Assembly: GCA_044226015.1 (NCBI GenBank)
Contig: JBGAHS010000007.1
Span: 288,001-352,000 of the forward strand
DNA from: Candidatus Obscuribacteraceae bacterium
GTDB lineage: Bacteria; Cyanobacteriota; Vampirovibrionia; Obscuribacterales; Obscuribacteraceae
Direction: 5' to 3'
DNA: 64,000 nucleotides
The stretch's first letter is position 1; every line of letters starts with the position of its first letter. Both the position numbers and the translations under genes were made by a program. The notes beneath the pieces are model-generated. The model saw nothing but the letters and a program-made list of their open reading frames with translations. It was not told the origin of the DNA and did not search any database. This document shows positions 19,416-29,078 of this stretch, in pieces.

Positions 19416-20019
19416 GCATTTTTAAGCTCTGTCGAATCAATTGCTCAACATCATCTTTCGGTACGTCGTCGCCCATTCTCTTAAATGCTTGATTGATTTC
19501 TGTAAGTGTATAGCCGAGCCCTTCAAGAATCTGTCTAGCTTCATCAAGAGCCATCGATTTACTAACCGGCGCGCTTGCTGTTCCACGTCGCAATTGCCAG
19601 TCTTCTGTTTTTGATTTTAATTCAAGTATGATTCGCTGCGCAACTTTTGGGCCAACGCCTGGTGCCTGGCTGAGTGTTTTCTGATCGTCGCTTGCAATTG
19701 CATCGGCGATTCGATCTGGACCCAGCGTACCCACTAATGAAAGCGCCATCTTCGGTCCCACGCCGCTCACTGTTTGAAGTATATTGAATATTTCCTTTTC
19801 CTCAGAGCTTGCAAATCCAAAAATCTGCCACTCATTTTCGCGAATGGAAAGAGATGTGTATATGCTGACCTCTTCGCCTGGCTGACCTACTTGCGTGCTT
19901 GTTACTTTAGATACAAGCGCTTCAAAACCTACTCCACCAACGTCAATAATAAGCTTGTCGGCTGGTCCGCCGGAAATTTCGCGTGAATGCAGTGTCCCTC
20001 GGAGAAAAGCAATTACCAT
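19393..20019 (-). CDS. ruvA: Holliday junction branch migration protein RuvA
   Basis: IAFLRGTL, IDVGGVGFE, VSGVGPKMAL, PGVGPKVAQRIILELK; C-terminal domain III. Confidence 0.96.
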   Translation of the reverse strand: MVIAFLRGTLHSREISGGPADKLIIDVGGVGFEALVSKVTSTQVGQPGEEVSIYTSLSIRENEWQIFGFASSEEKEIFNILQTVSGVGPKMALSLVGTLGPDRIADAIASDDQKTLSQAPGVGPKVAQRIILELKSKTEDWQLRRGTASAPVSKSMALDEARQILEGLGYTLTEINQAFKRMGDDVPKDDVEQLIRQSLKMLGGAGDH

Positions 20020-20100
20020 AGCAATGTTCCTAAAAAGGAAATGACAGGTTGTGGCTAGTCTTGCACAACCTATTGATACCATTAGGTGCTGAAATGGAAA

Positions 20101-20174
20101 TCGGGGCGAGAGGATTTGAACCTCCGGCCTTCCGCACCCGAAACGGACACGCTACCAAGCTGCGCTACGCCCCG
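20101..20174 (-). tRNA. tRNA-Pro (anticodon CGG), CCA not encoded
   Basis: CGGGGCGTAGCGCAGCTTGGTAGCG...TCCGT-TTCGGGT-GCGGA...GGTTCAAATCC...CGCCCCGA cloverleaf. Confidence 0.96.
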
Positions 20175-20239
20175 ACAGCTTTATGTTAGCATGCTCATCC
20201 CCTTGAAAATTGCCAAATTTTCAAGGATTTTATATTCCG

Positions 20240-21151
20240 TTATTCAGCCATGAATGTCTGGTTTCCGCCCGCATCCTTGGCTTGAGCAAGGGCGGCTCTG
20301 GCATATGAAAGAAGCATGGTTCCTTCAGTGTCCATATCAGAGCGATACTGGCAAACACCAATACTTACCGTAGCTTGACCGGTTTTGTCGCCAAAAGTGA
20401 AGGTGCTAGATGCCACGTTACTTCGGATTCTTTCTGCTACTTCGACGGCTCCATCTGCATTAGTGAACGGAAGCGCCAGCACGAATTCATAGGGGGCCGT
20501 CCGTGCCAGCAAATCAGCCTTTCTCAGTCCTCTTGCCAGAACCACTGCTAGTTGGGAAAGAAGGGAGTCAACGCCCTTGGCCCCGAACTGTTTGACCAGA
20601 TCCTTCGGATTGTCAACTTCAATGCTCAAAGTAGATAACTTGTTTTGATAGCGTGAGCATTGGCTCAGCTCAGTATGGAGAAATTCAAAGAGGTAGCGAG
20701 CGTTTCTCAGAGAGGTAAGCGTATCGGTCAATGAAAGCTCCCTTACCTGAGAGTCTTTCTTTCTGAGTTCGTCCTTAAGCGCTTTTTCGCGTAGCGCAGT
20801 TTTCACCGTCGACAAAACATCTTGCGGCTCAAGGGGTTTCACGAGAATGGGGCTGTCTTCGGCATCATTTAAGGCGGGAAGAGGCTGTTCTTGTGAGCGC
20901 AAGAAAATAATTGGTATAAATTTGGTCTTCTCGTCTGAAGCCAAGCGGTTGAATACATCGATACCGCTCATTAGTGGCATATGGAGGTCTAGCAAAATCA
21001 CGTCTGGTGAGCGGACTTTGCAGGCTGCCAGAGCTTTGAATCCGTCAGTAGCAGTCGTCACAGTAAAACCTGAATTCTTCAAGAATTCAGAGACGAGTGT
21101 TAGCTCTGCCTGTTGGTCATCAACTATGAGCACGCACTGGCTTTCTTTCAC
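20240..21151 (-). CDS. REC + degenerate GGDEF response regulator (PleD/WspR-like)
   Basis: LIVDD, DVILLDLHMP and KP receiver motifs; TDTLT linker; RKADLLARTAPYEF in place of RxxDxxARYGGEEF. Confidence 0.88.
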   Translation of the reverse strand: MKESQCVLIVDDQQAELTLVSEFLKNSGFTVTTATDGFKALAACKVRSPDVILLDLHMPLMSGIDVFNRLASDEKTKFIPIIFLRSQEQPLPALNDAEDSPILVKPLEPQDVLSTVKTALREKALKDELRKKDSQVRELSLTDTLTSLRNARYLFEFLHTELSQCSRYQNKLSTLSIEVDNPKDLVKQFGAKGVDSLLSQLAVVLARGLRKADLLARTAPYEFVLALPFTNADGAVEVAERIRSNVASSTFTFGDKTGQATVSIGVCQYRSDMDTEGTMLLSYARAALAQAKDAGGNQTFMAE

Positions 21152-21273
21152 TTGGCCACCGCTTTCAAATTTGGATAGTAAGAAGGCTGGAATTCCTATT
21201 CTATCTCATTTTGCCCAGATGGCGGGTTCGCGCTAACTCAAGAAATTGATCAGTAAACTAAATTATTACCTTG

Positions 21274-22014
21274 CTAACTATTCTTGGTTTTTGCCTTCTC
21301 TTCTTTCTTGATTATCTTGTATGCGTTGCGACGCAATTTATCGAGAGTGAACGCGTCCTGCTGAATGTTTTTGCAAACTCCGGCAATGGCTACGTTGTCA
21401 TAGCTAGGACCTTTTGTTAGCGGTTCGAGCTTGGCGAGGTTTCCGGCAATGTTGTCGGCAGATTCGACCCACGATTTGACTATGGGACGCAACTTTTCTC
21501 TAGAGTCATCAGAGACGTCTAAAACCTTGTGCTGTGCAACGAAGTCATCGGCATTTTGCTTTAAGGTCGTAATGATTGGGCGCATGATATTCATCGCCTG
21601 TTCAACTCGGCGTGGGTTGGGCGGTGCCGGCGGACCGGCAGGTGAAGTACTTACCGGAATGTAAATGATGGTTCCGCGTCCTACAACTTCCGGCATTGTG
21701 TTTAACGAAACTGGCTGAATACTGACCTCATCGAATAAATGTCTGGCTGAGGTCGAGACTTGCTTGAGGTCGAGCCCCAGATCGCGCAGCTTCTCCAGAG
21801 AAAGGTCAACCTTTTCTACTCCAGCTTGAAGTGCTGTTCCGCTTGATGCTGGCGTAGATGGCGCCGGCGTGCTGACTTTTGAATCTGTGTCTGCTGCAGA
21901 TACAGAACTTATGAATTTGTTTGCCGATTTAGAACTGAAGAGCTCGTCAATTGAATAGATACCACCTGTGATGGCACCAGCGCATAGGAGCGCAATCATT
22001 TTATTGTTCTTCAT
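21274..22014 (-). CDS. exported hypothetical protein
   Basis: N-terminal signal-like segment, RBS AAAGGA, helical C-terminus. Confidence 0.75.
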   Translation of the reverse strand: MKNNKMIALLCAGAITGGIYSIDELFSSKSANKFISSVSAADTDSKVSTPAPSTPASSGTALQAGVEKVDLSLEKLRDLGLDLKQVSTSARHLFDEVSIQPVSLNTMPEVVGRGTIIYIPVSTSPAGPPAPPNPRRVEQAMNIMRPIITTLKQNADDFVAQHKVLDVSDDSREKLRPIVKSWVESADNIAGNLAKLEPLTKGPSYDNVAIAGVCKNIQQDAFTLDKLRRNAYKIIKKEEKAKTKNS

Positions 22015-22350
22015 TTGGCAAATTCCTTTCTGGTATTCGGTGACTTATTATCCTACTGATTAATACTTGACTTTCTCTTTGCTGGGACTGTTTGAGAATA
22101 ATTCACTCCCCTATAGAAGGTTTATCGGTCCTTAGTCCCAGGATTAAGTTCTGCAAAGCATTACAGCCAATGGAAAGAGCACGTCTTTATCGGAAGGGCC
22201 ATTATTGGCGCCTTGCTTGGTCGACTGGTTCCCGCATATTTTGAGCTCGACTTGCAGTTTTAATGTCTTTTTTCAAAAAAGATCTGACATTTTGTGTATA
22301 TGGTCGACGTGTTTGGGCATCCTCCATTTGTGGGGGCGCGGATTTAATCC

Positions 22351-23931
22351 TTGGTCGGAAAAGAAGAACAACCCAGTAAATTCAGGTGGGTGAGCGGTAA
22401 GTTTTTAGAAACCGCTTTCTATGTTTTGTTGCTTTTCTCTTCCCTGGCCTTTTTTGGTCAGACAATTGCAGATAACGATTTATGGGGTCACATCAAGTTT
22501 GGATCTGATTTCATCAAAGCGGGCGCCATCCTTAAGGAAGATCCCTATTCGTATCTGACCATTGGCACCCCGTGGATTGATCATGAATGGCTCAGTGAAA
22601 TTATTTTTGCCTACGCCTACCAGTTTGGTGGTGTTCAAGGTATCTCGCTGTTACGGGTTTGCATTGTTTCACTAATACTTCTGATAATTATTTTGGCGTT
22701 TAAGCGAAATAAGCTTCCTATCGTGTTGCAAGGTTCGTTTCTTGCTGTGGTTCTTTTGCAGCTTTCAGCCGGGCTAGGAACTTTGCGTCCCCAGCTCTTC
22801 ACCTATCTGATCTTCGCAATTGAACTTGTATTGCTTCAAGCTGCCACACTAAATGAAAAACGAGCCCTACTTTGGTTTTTGCCCCTCTTGTTTATGCTTT
22901 GGATAAACCTTCATGGTGGCATTCTGGCTGGGTTGATTATTTTGCTCTTCTGGGCGGGGCTGCAAATTCTCAACAAAACGGAATTTAAGGACGGGCGCCT
23001 TCTATTTGACTATAAGAAGTATTGGATATGGCTGCTAGTCCCTATTTTATGCTTACTTGCCACTTGTGTAACTCCCTATGGAGCCTCAATGTTGCCCTTT
23101 CTGTTAATGACGGCAACCGTACCGCGACCAGAAATAATGGAATGGCATTCCATTGCTGGTCAGCTAACAAATGTTGATGGCATTTGTTATGTAGCCAGTG
23201 CATTATTCGCTGGTTTTATATCCTGGCGAATGATGTGGAAACGAGAACCTGTGCCCATGCTGGTAATGCTTGTTTGTACAACTCTGCCATTACTGGCCAC
23301 AAGGCATTTGCCACTATGCGTGATGGCTATATCAATTTTGTCGTTGCCATCACTTTCGGCTCTGGTGACACCAAAGTGGAGCGAGTGGAGACAGTTCTGG
23401 GTTAATCACGAACTCGCTATTTTGCGCATAGCCCTGGCTTCTCTCATCTTTTTCGGCACCGCTTCTATGATTGCAGCCTCAGCCCCCAAGCAAAGTCGTA
23501 TACCAGCCGGTGAGTTTATGCCCGTTCGAGCTGTAACTTTGCTGAAACTCAGCGGAGTGAAGGCGAATCTTGCTTGCTTTTTTGACTGGGGTGAATACTG
23601 TATTTGGCACCTGGATCCCGATATTAAAGTGTCAATCGACGGACGCAGAGAAACCGTCTATAACGAGAGTGCCTATCGGAAAAATGTCGAATTCACAAAT
23701 GGGCATCCTCAGAACTGGCATAAATTGGTTTCGACTGAACGCACCGACCTGGTTCTTGCTCATAAGCAAACTAACTGCTACCAAATTTTAAAGAATGATC
23801 CACATGTTGAGTTGATATTTGAGGACGACGGCTCTGCTCTGTTTGCGCCATGCGGTTCACCTTACAGCGCAAAAATAATAGAAGCCGCAAAACAGATGCC
23901 ACCACCGGTGAAGGAGCAAATCTTTCCCTAG
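22351..23931 (+). CDS. polytopic membrane protein, probable GT-C-like glycosyltransferase
   Basis: About 12 TM; DNDLWGHIKFG...DPYSY...WIDHEWLSE first loop; LRPQ, WINLHGG and IDGR motifs; start uncertain. Confidence 0.65.
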   Translation: MVGKEEQPSKFRWVSGKFLETAFYVLLLFSSLAFFGQTIADNDLWGHIKFGSDFIKAGAILKEDPYSYLTIGTPWIDHEWLSEIIFAYAYQFGGVQGISLLRVCIVSLILLIIILAFKRNKLPIVLQGSFLAVVLLQLSAGLGTLRPQLFTYLIFAIELVLLQAATLNEKRALLWFLPLLFMLWINLHGGILAGLIILLFWAGLQILNKTEFKDGRLLFDYKKYWIWLLVPILCLLATCVTPYGASMLPFLLMTATVPRPEIMEWHSIAGQLTNVDGICYVASALFAGFISWRMMWKREPVPMLVMLVCTTLPLLATRHLPLCVMAISILSLPSLSALVTPKWSEWRQFWVNHELAILRIALASLIFFGTASMIAASAPKQSRIPAGEFMPVRAVTLLKLSGVKANLACFFDWGEYCIWHLDPDIKVSIDGRRETVYNESAYRKNVEFTNGHPQNWHKLVSTERTDLVLAHKQTNCYQILKNDPHVELIFEDDGSALFAPCGSPYSAKIIEAAKQMPPPVKEQIFP

Positions 23932-23959
23932 CCCTGATCGAGTAGTTCATTTTGCTCAT

Positions 23960-24805
23960 CTAGAGGGCGAGCATTTTATAACCATCTACTGGTGGCAGGG
24001 GCGGTCTCTCGGGAATCAGCTCGTCCATTTTATTTTGCTTCAGGTATTTATCAAATGATGCTCTGAGATCAATCAATGTAGGTTGAGAGCCAGGCACCGG
24101 CAGATATGGAGTCTCTCTGTATCCACCTTTCCGCTTAGTTTGGCTGAGAACATTGCTTTCATACCGAGCATAGCCGTTATCATCGTAAAACTTCATTGAT
24201 GCTTGAACTAGAACCTTGCCTCGGTCTATGGGGCGGTAGGTTTGAAGCGATTCTCTCTGTGTTACACTGCGAATTTTGTTCGTATTGCTGTCAACCATCA
24301 GAGTGGTTGCAAGAAATCTGATTAGCACTTCGTTTTCACTTACTATCTCAGCTTTCACATTGTGAATTATGCTTAGATTTACGAAGTTTGACTGCAAGGT
24401 TCTACCAACGTAGGGGACTGGAACGCAGGTCCAGACTGACTCAGCGCGATCCTTTTGGTAACCGATGATTTCAAGATCTGGATAATTGATGTCTACAGCA
24501 CCAAAGCCTTGTTGTACAGAACCTTCTGCATCTTTAAGGCTTAGTCTCTTCACTTTGCCTTCTGTGCGCCAGGTTCCAACCAACCATTCGGGGACTTTCC
24601 ACCAGGTTAAATAGCCTGTACCAGTAGCGGGCAGCAAGCGAGGGTCAAATATTGTTCCAGGTTTCCACTGCGGTGCCACTGGCGGCAGTGAGCCCGAATG
24701 TTCTATTTTTCCTTCCAAAATGAAAGGCTCACTAGCATTCGCTGGTATCGAATATAGTGCAAGGGTCGAGAACACTATGCTCAATCCAAAGCGAACAAAT
24801 TTCAT
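23960..24805 (-). CDS. secreted hypothetical protein
   Basis: MKFVRFGLSIVFSTLALYSIPANA signal peptide; ATGA overlap with the kinase stop. Confidence 0.75.
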   Translation of the reverse strand: MKFVRFGLSIVFSTLALYSIPANASEPFILEGKIEHSGSLPPVAPQWKPGTIFDPRLLPATGTGYLTWWKVPEWLVGTWRTEGKVKRLSLKDAEGSVQQGFGAVDINYPDLEIIGYQKDRAESVWTCVPVPYVGRTLQSNFVNLSIIHNVKAEIVSENEVLIRFLATTLMVDSNTNKIRSVTQRESLQTYRPIDRGKVLVQASMKFYDDNGYARYESNVLSQTKRKGGYRETPYLPVPGSQPTLIDLRASFDKYLKQNKMDELIPERPPLPPVDGYKMLAL

Positions 24806-26265
24806 GCCGTCTCGCTTACAGTCTTGATGCGGAACCAGAAGCAACTACCAGCGCTCTTATTGTTTTTCACGCCTATAGTTCCACCGTGACCCTCAATGAT
24901 GGCTTTGCAGATGGCCAGACCTAAACCTGTACCTTCCTTTGCTTTTTCGCTCGTTGAAGGTGCCTGGTGAAACCTTTCGAATACAAGATTCTGGTGGTCT
25001 TCGGGAATTCCAGGACCCTGGTCCATAACTTTTACCATCAAGAATCCACTTTCCGTTTGATCGAGCCCAATATTAACCTCACTGGAAGGCGGCGCAAACT
25101 TTATAGCATTTCCTAGCAGATTGATAAGAACCTGTGTCAACCTAAATTCATCCGCTTCTATCGCCACATCCTCTTCTTCAATTACAAATACATCAATCGA
25201 TTTCTTTTCGGCGAGCTGAAAAATAGCATCAATAGCGCGTTGAAGGAGTTTCTGTATATGGGTATTTTGCAACTCTAAAACCAGTGTACCTGACTCCATC
25301 TTTTCCAGGTCGAGTAAATTGTTGATGAGTTGCATCGAATGTCGCAAGCTTGTTTCCGCCATTCTAACCTTGGCTTGCCCGGTGTCGTTCAGCTGTCCCC
25401 AGGCATTAACTCCTAGAAGTTCCAGGGTGGATGTCACTGAGCTGATGGGGGTTCTCAAATCGTGGCTGATCATCGCTACGAATTGCTTTTTGATTTTCTC
25501 AAGTTCGGCTCTCTTCAGGGCTGCTTGTTCCAACGCATCTGCAGCGTCGTGGAATGTTCTGTCGATTCTTGCAATTTCATCCTGCCCTTCAAGAAGTGGC
25601 TTTAGCTCTCGCCCCTGCCCCAGTCGAACACTGTTTGCCATAAGTGCTTGCAGGCGCTTTGTTGTGCTCTGGTGAAACACAATCACCAGTAGCAGAGCAA
25701 TCCCGATGCTCATAGGTATTCCCGAGATGAGTACTAATTTCAATACATTTTTCAAGTTTTCAGCGGCTTGTGGATTTTTCCGCTGTTCACGTTTCTCGTC
25801 TTTGATAATTACGCCTAGTTCGTCAACAATATTGTCTAATCGGCGCCGCATAGTAAAAGCTTCGGTGATATTCAGTTTTTCCCCGGCTTTAGATTTTTCA
25901 GCCGCCTGTCTGATCCACACAAAAGCACTTTGTGTGTCTATAGATACGCGCCTGACTATCTCTAAGTGTTTTGGATCGTCTTTGACCATCTCTTTCAGCT
26001 TTTCCATGTTTGCTGGAGTTTTGTCGAGTAGCTCATCCAGTCGTTTCTCGAAAAATCCCAAGTTTTTTGCATCAAAAGCCAAAAAGGTAAAACTCACATC
26101 AAAAAGCAGTTGAATAGTGGAGGTAGTTCCAGCGATGATGTTTTTTGCCCGCTCTTCAGCTTTTGTCTGCACTTCTGATTCATAAAGCAACCATGCGAGA
26201 GTTCCAAGCAATGCGAGTTCAAAAGCAAGAGGAACAGCGATCAATACCAGAGCCTTTTGCATCAA
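24802..26265 (-). CDS. sensor histidine kinase (2 TM, CHASE3-like sensor, HAMP, HisKA, HATPase)
   Basis: SHDLRTP H-box; NLLGNAIKF N-box; DQGPG; FERF; GTGLGL. Confidence 0.95.
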   Translation of the reverse strand: MMQKALVLIAVPLAFELALLGTLAWLLYESEVQTKAEERAKNIIAGTTSTIQLLFDVSFTFLAFDAKNLGFFEKRLDELLDKTPANMEKLKEMVKDDPKHLEIVRRVSIDTQSAFVWIRQAAEKSKAGEKLNITEAFTMRRRLDNIVDELGVIIKDEKREQRKNPQAAENLKNVLKLVLISGIPMSIGIALLLVIVFHQSTTKRLQALMANSVRLGQGRELKPLLEGQDEIARIDRTFHDAADALEQAALKRAELEKIKKQFVAMISHDLRTPISSVTSTLELLGVNAWGQLNDTGQAKVRMAETSLRHSMQLINNLLDLEKMESGTLVLELQNTHIQKLLQRAIDAIFQLAEKKSIDVFVIEEEDVAIEADEFRLTQVLINLLGNAIKFAPPSSEVNIGLDQTESGFLMVKVMDQGPGIPEDHQNLVFERFHQAPSTSEKAKEGTGLGLAICKAIIEGHGGTIGVKNNKSAGSCFWFRIKTVSETA

Positions 26266-26403
26266 AGAGAGGTGAATTCGTTTTTTCGCGCTAATGAGCT
26301 ATACCTCTGTAAGGTGGGACAGATTTCCGTGATTGCTGGTAAACTACAACTCGGCTTATTGTAAGCGCTTTAAATCCCCAATACTTTATATCCCATAAAA
26401 CTT

Positions 26404-27084
26404 ATGGCAAAGATTCTAGTCGTCGACGACAACATCGACCTCGCTGACAACGTTAAGACATGGCTTCAGATGGAGCAACATACTGTCGATGTATGCAACG
26501 ACGGGCTGGCTGGTCTCGAGTATCTTCGCACCTATCAATATGATGTGATCATTTTAGACTGGGCGATGCCGAAAATGACTGGTATTGAGGTGCTTAAGCA
26601 GTATCGCTCGTTGAAAGGTGTTACTCCCGTTTTGATGCTGACCGGTAGGCGTAGCATCGACGACAAAGAGGAAGGACTCGATGCCGGAGCCGATGACTAC
26701 CTGACAAAACCATTTGAAATGCGCGAAGTGTCTGCACGTGTCAGAGCATTGCTCCGTCGTCCGCAAGCTCAGCCTAGCAATACTTTGACAGTCGCCAACG
26801 TCACTCTGGACAAAGAGATTCGTAAAGTCAGCAAAAATGGCAGCGAATTGAGGCTAATGCCCAAAGATTTTGCAATTCTTGAACTCTTAATGACCTATCC
26901 GAACAAGGTGTTTTCGGCGGAGAGCTTGATAGAGCGAATCTGGTCCAGCGATACTGATGCGTCCCCCGAGGTAGTGCGCAAGCACATTAATAGAATTCGG
27001 ACTCAAATCGACACAGAAGGCAAGCCCTCGCTGATACGCACAGTTCATGGCGTTGGCTATGCTCTTGAACCTCCCCAATCCTAG
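26404..27084 (+). CDS. OmpR/PhoB-family response regulator
   Basis: LVVDD, DVIILDWAMP, GADDYLTKPF; winged helix ending IRTVHGVGY. Confidence 0.96.
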   Translation: MAKILVVDDNIDLADNVKTWLQMEQHTVDVCNDGLAGLEYLRTYQYDVIILDWAMPKMTGIEVLKQYRSLKGVTPVLMLTGRRSIDDKEEGLDAGADDYLTKPFEMREVSARVRALLRRPQAQPSNTLTVANVTLDKEIRKVSKNGSELRLMPKDFAILELLMTYPNKVFSAESLIERIWSSDTDASPEVVRKHINRIRTQIDTEGKPSLIRTVHGVGYALEPPQS

Positions 27085-27178
27085 CTCTAGAGACATCCAG
27101 ACCTGCGATCGCATGATTCTGCGCTTAACTTGATAGAAAAGCCTTCCTAACTTTTCTGTCATTTCAGTGCTTTCTATG

Positions 27179-27222
27179 GAGACAATTCGGGGACAAATTC
27201 AGGACAGAACTGAGACGCTTTC
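27179..27222 (+). promoter_or_regulatory. four direct repeats with exact 11-bp period (OmpR/PhoB-type operator candidate)
   Basis: GAC at 27181, 27192, 27203 and 27214 (gaGACAATTCG, ggGACAAATTC, agGACAGAACT, gaGACGCTTTC). Confidence 0.55.
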
Positions 27223-27276
27223 AAAATATCATGATTGCATGGTTGATGAACAAGAGAGCGATTGAGGTCGAGAGTA

Positions 27277-27675
27277 ATGAACAAGTCAGGCAAGAAGTGT
27301 TCGGAAATGAAGAGAGTTTTCAGCAAAAGAGAAGCCAGTTCTATATTAATCGCGCTTATGATGATGCCAGCAGCGATGGCGCAGTCTGAAGTGAATACAG
27401 ACAGTCAGCGCATAACTGCAGCTACTGTTATGGGTCAAGAAATAAGAATAATCGCTTCAAGCATCATTAGCTGCATGGCTGAAAATCCTCGCAAACTAAA
27501 TGCTCCAGTCCCTACAGTGAAAGTTCCTTCGAAATCATATGTACTTGTTCTGCAGGAAATGCAAAATCAGCATGCTCGCTTCTTGCTTCCTGGCAGTCCC
27601 ATTCCGCTTAACGCCAGAGTTGTGTTTCAACTTGAATCTGAAGATGGCTTGAGCCAAACTGTTTACTTCATTTAG
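27277..27675 (+). CDS. secreted hypothetical protein
   Basis: Hydrophobic segment ending PAAMA-Q (signal peptide); start could be the later Met (MKRVF). Confidence 0.6.
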   Translation: MNKSGKKCSEMKRVFSKREASSILIALMMMPAAMAQSEVNTDSQRITAATVMGQEIRIIASSIISCMAENPRKLNAPVPTVKVPSKSYVLVLQEMQNQHARFLLPGSPIPLNARVVFQLESEDGLSQTVYFI

Positions 27676-27688
27676 TTGCTGAGCCAGT

Positions 27689-27821
27689 TTTCATAGCTCC
27701 CGCTTTCATTGAACCACCAGTTTTATGGCTCCAGCTTATCTCCAGCGTTAGTAGCTCCAGCTTTTATAGATCCTGCTTTCATAGCTCCGCCTTTTTTATC
27801 TCCAGCTTTCATCGCTCCGGC
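27689..27821. repeat. degenerate 15-bp tandem repeat (minus strand GCTGGAGCTATGAAA-like)
   Basis: TCC at 27741, 27756, 27771, 27786, 27801 and 27816 (exact 15-bp period), plus 27698 and 27730. Confidence 0.85.
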
Positions 27822-27838
27822 TGAGGCAGCTATTCGAA

Positions 27839-28780
27839 CTAGTTGCAAATTTTCTTGAGCGCAGTATACGCCTCTACCGTCAGATGTTCCGGTACATCAT
27901 TATGTCCGCAATCATCAAGTAACGCTAGCGTTTTATTGTTTCCACTCGCCGCTTCGAAGAGGTCTTTGGCATTGTGCGGAGGAATGAGGGCGTCATTTTT
28001 GCCATGGAGAATAAGTAGTTTTGGATGTTCTCCCTTCACGTAGCTGAGAGTGTCGAGATTGTTGAATGGATAGAACGAGTTGGGATATACGGAAAAGAGC
28101 GGAAATTTTTCTTTTGCAAATAGCGGTATGGAAAGGAATGCTGACTGCAAGATAACGCCGGCACATTTGCGCTTGCTCGATATCTGCCCACTGATTCCAG
28201 TTCCAAGTGATTCGCCATACAGGACGATCGAACTTGCCGGAATTCTCAACTCTTTAACCAGGTAATCAAAAGCAGCTATTCCATCTTCGCAACTGCCGTT
28301 AACATCGACAGCCCCGCGGCTTAAGCCAAAGCCTCTATAGTCATAAATAAATACCGATGCACCTGTAGCCAGTAGCATTTTGATGACGCCCTTTCTCTGG
28401 GTCAGGTTTCCTGCATTTCCGTGGCTGAGCAGAACTGTTTTTTTTGAGTTCGCTTGTGGAAAATACCAGCCATGTAACCTCGTGCCATCAGCACTTTTGA
28501 AGAAAGTATTTTTTCCAATAATGCCATCAACATCGGTGTCATTAAAGCTGCCCAGGACACAAGGGTGAAAAATGGCAGTGTTGTAGAATGGCATCGAGAC
28601 TAGTGGACAGAAAAAAATATAGTACAGCGCCAATTTCGACAAAATCTGAAGCGAAATTTGCTTCTTGCTCTGTTTGACCTTTGGCTCTGCTACCTTCCAG
28701 CTGGAAGGGAGAAAAGTTGAAGTGAGGAAGTGCATGAATCCTGCTTTTTGATTCGTTGCTATTGCAGCTTGTGTGCTCAT
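27839..28780 (-). CDS. alpha/beta hydrolase (ABHD13/YfhR-like)
   Basis: HGNAGN, DYRGFG, GESLG nucleophile, HGKND, GHND. Confidence 0.92.
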   Translation of the reverse strand: MSTQAAIATNQKAGFMHFLTSTFLPSSWKVAEPKVKQSKKQISLQILSKLALYYIFFCPLVSMPFYNTAIFHPCVLGSFNDTDVDGIIGKNTFFKSADGTRLHGWYFPQANSKKTVLLSHGNAGNLTQRKGVIKMLLATGASVFIYDYRGFGLSRGAVDVNGSCEDGIAAFDYLVKELRIPASSIVLYGESLGTGISGQISSKRKCAGVILQSAFLSIPLFAKEKFPLFSVYPNSFYPFNNLDTLSYVKGEHPKLLILHGKNDALIPPHNAKDLFEAASGNNKTLALLDDCGHNDVPEHLTVEAYTALKKICN

Positions 28781-29078
28781 GCTTGTATCTCCGCTTTCTA
28801 GAGGTGTTTTTCGATTCTATTGGTCTGCCATATGTTCCAGCATTTTTCAAAACAGTTCAGAAACTGATCGCTTGTTTTTTTAGAGCTTAAAGTGACCGTA
28901 AACAGTTGGAACCAGAACATAATGGGATTAATAGATGACTCCATTAAAGCTCGGGATGATTGTCTGAGCTATGCCGTTTAATCTCGCGCGTATGAGGACG
29001 AACCCTGAATGCAATTAGGTATTCACCTATTTCAGGAAATCAAAAGATGCGATAGCGGATTGTTGTTCTGTTAGACTT

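Noticed and set aside
20101..20174. tRNA-anchored integrated island
   Set aside because: No integrase and no duplicated tRNA 3' end noticed; the flanks are ruvA and a response regulator
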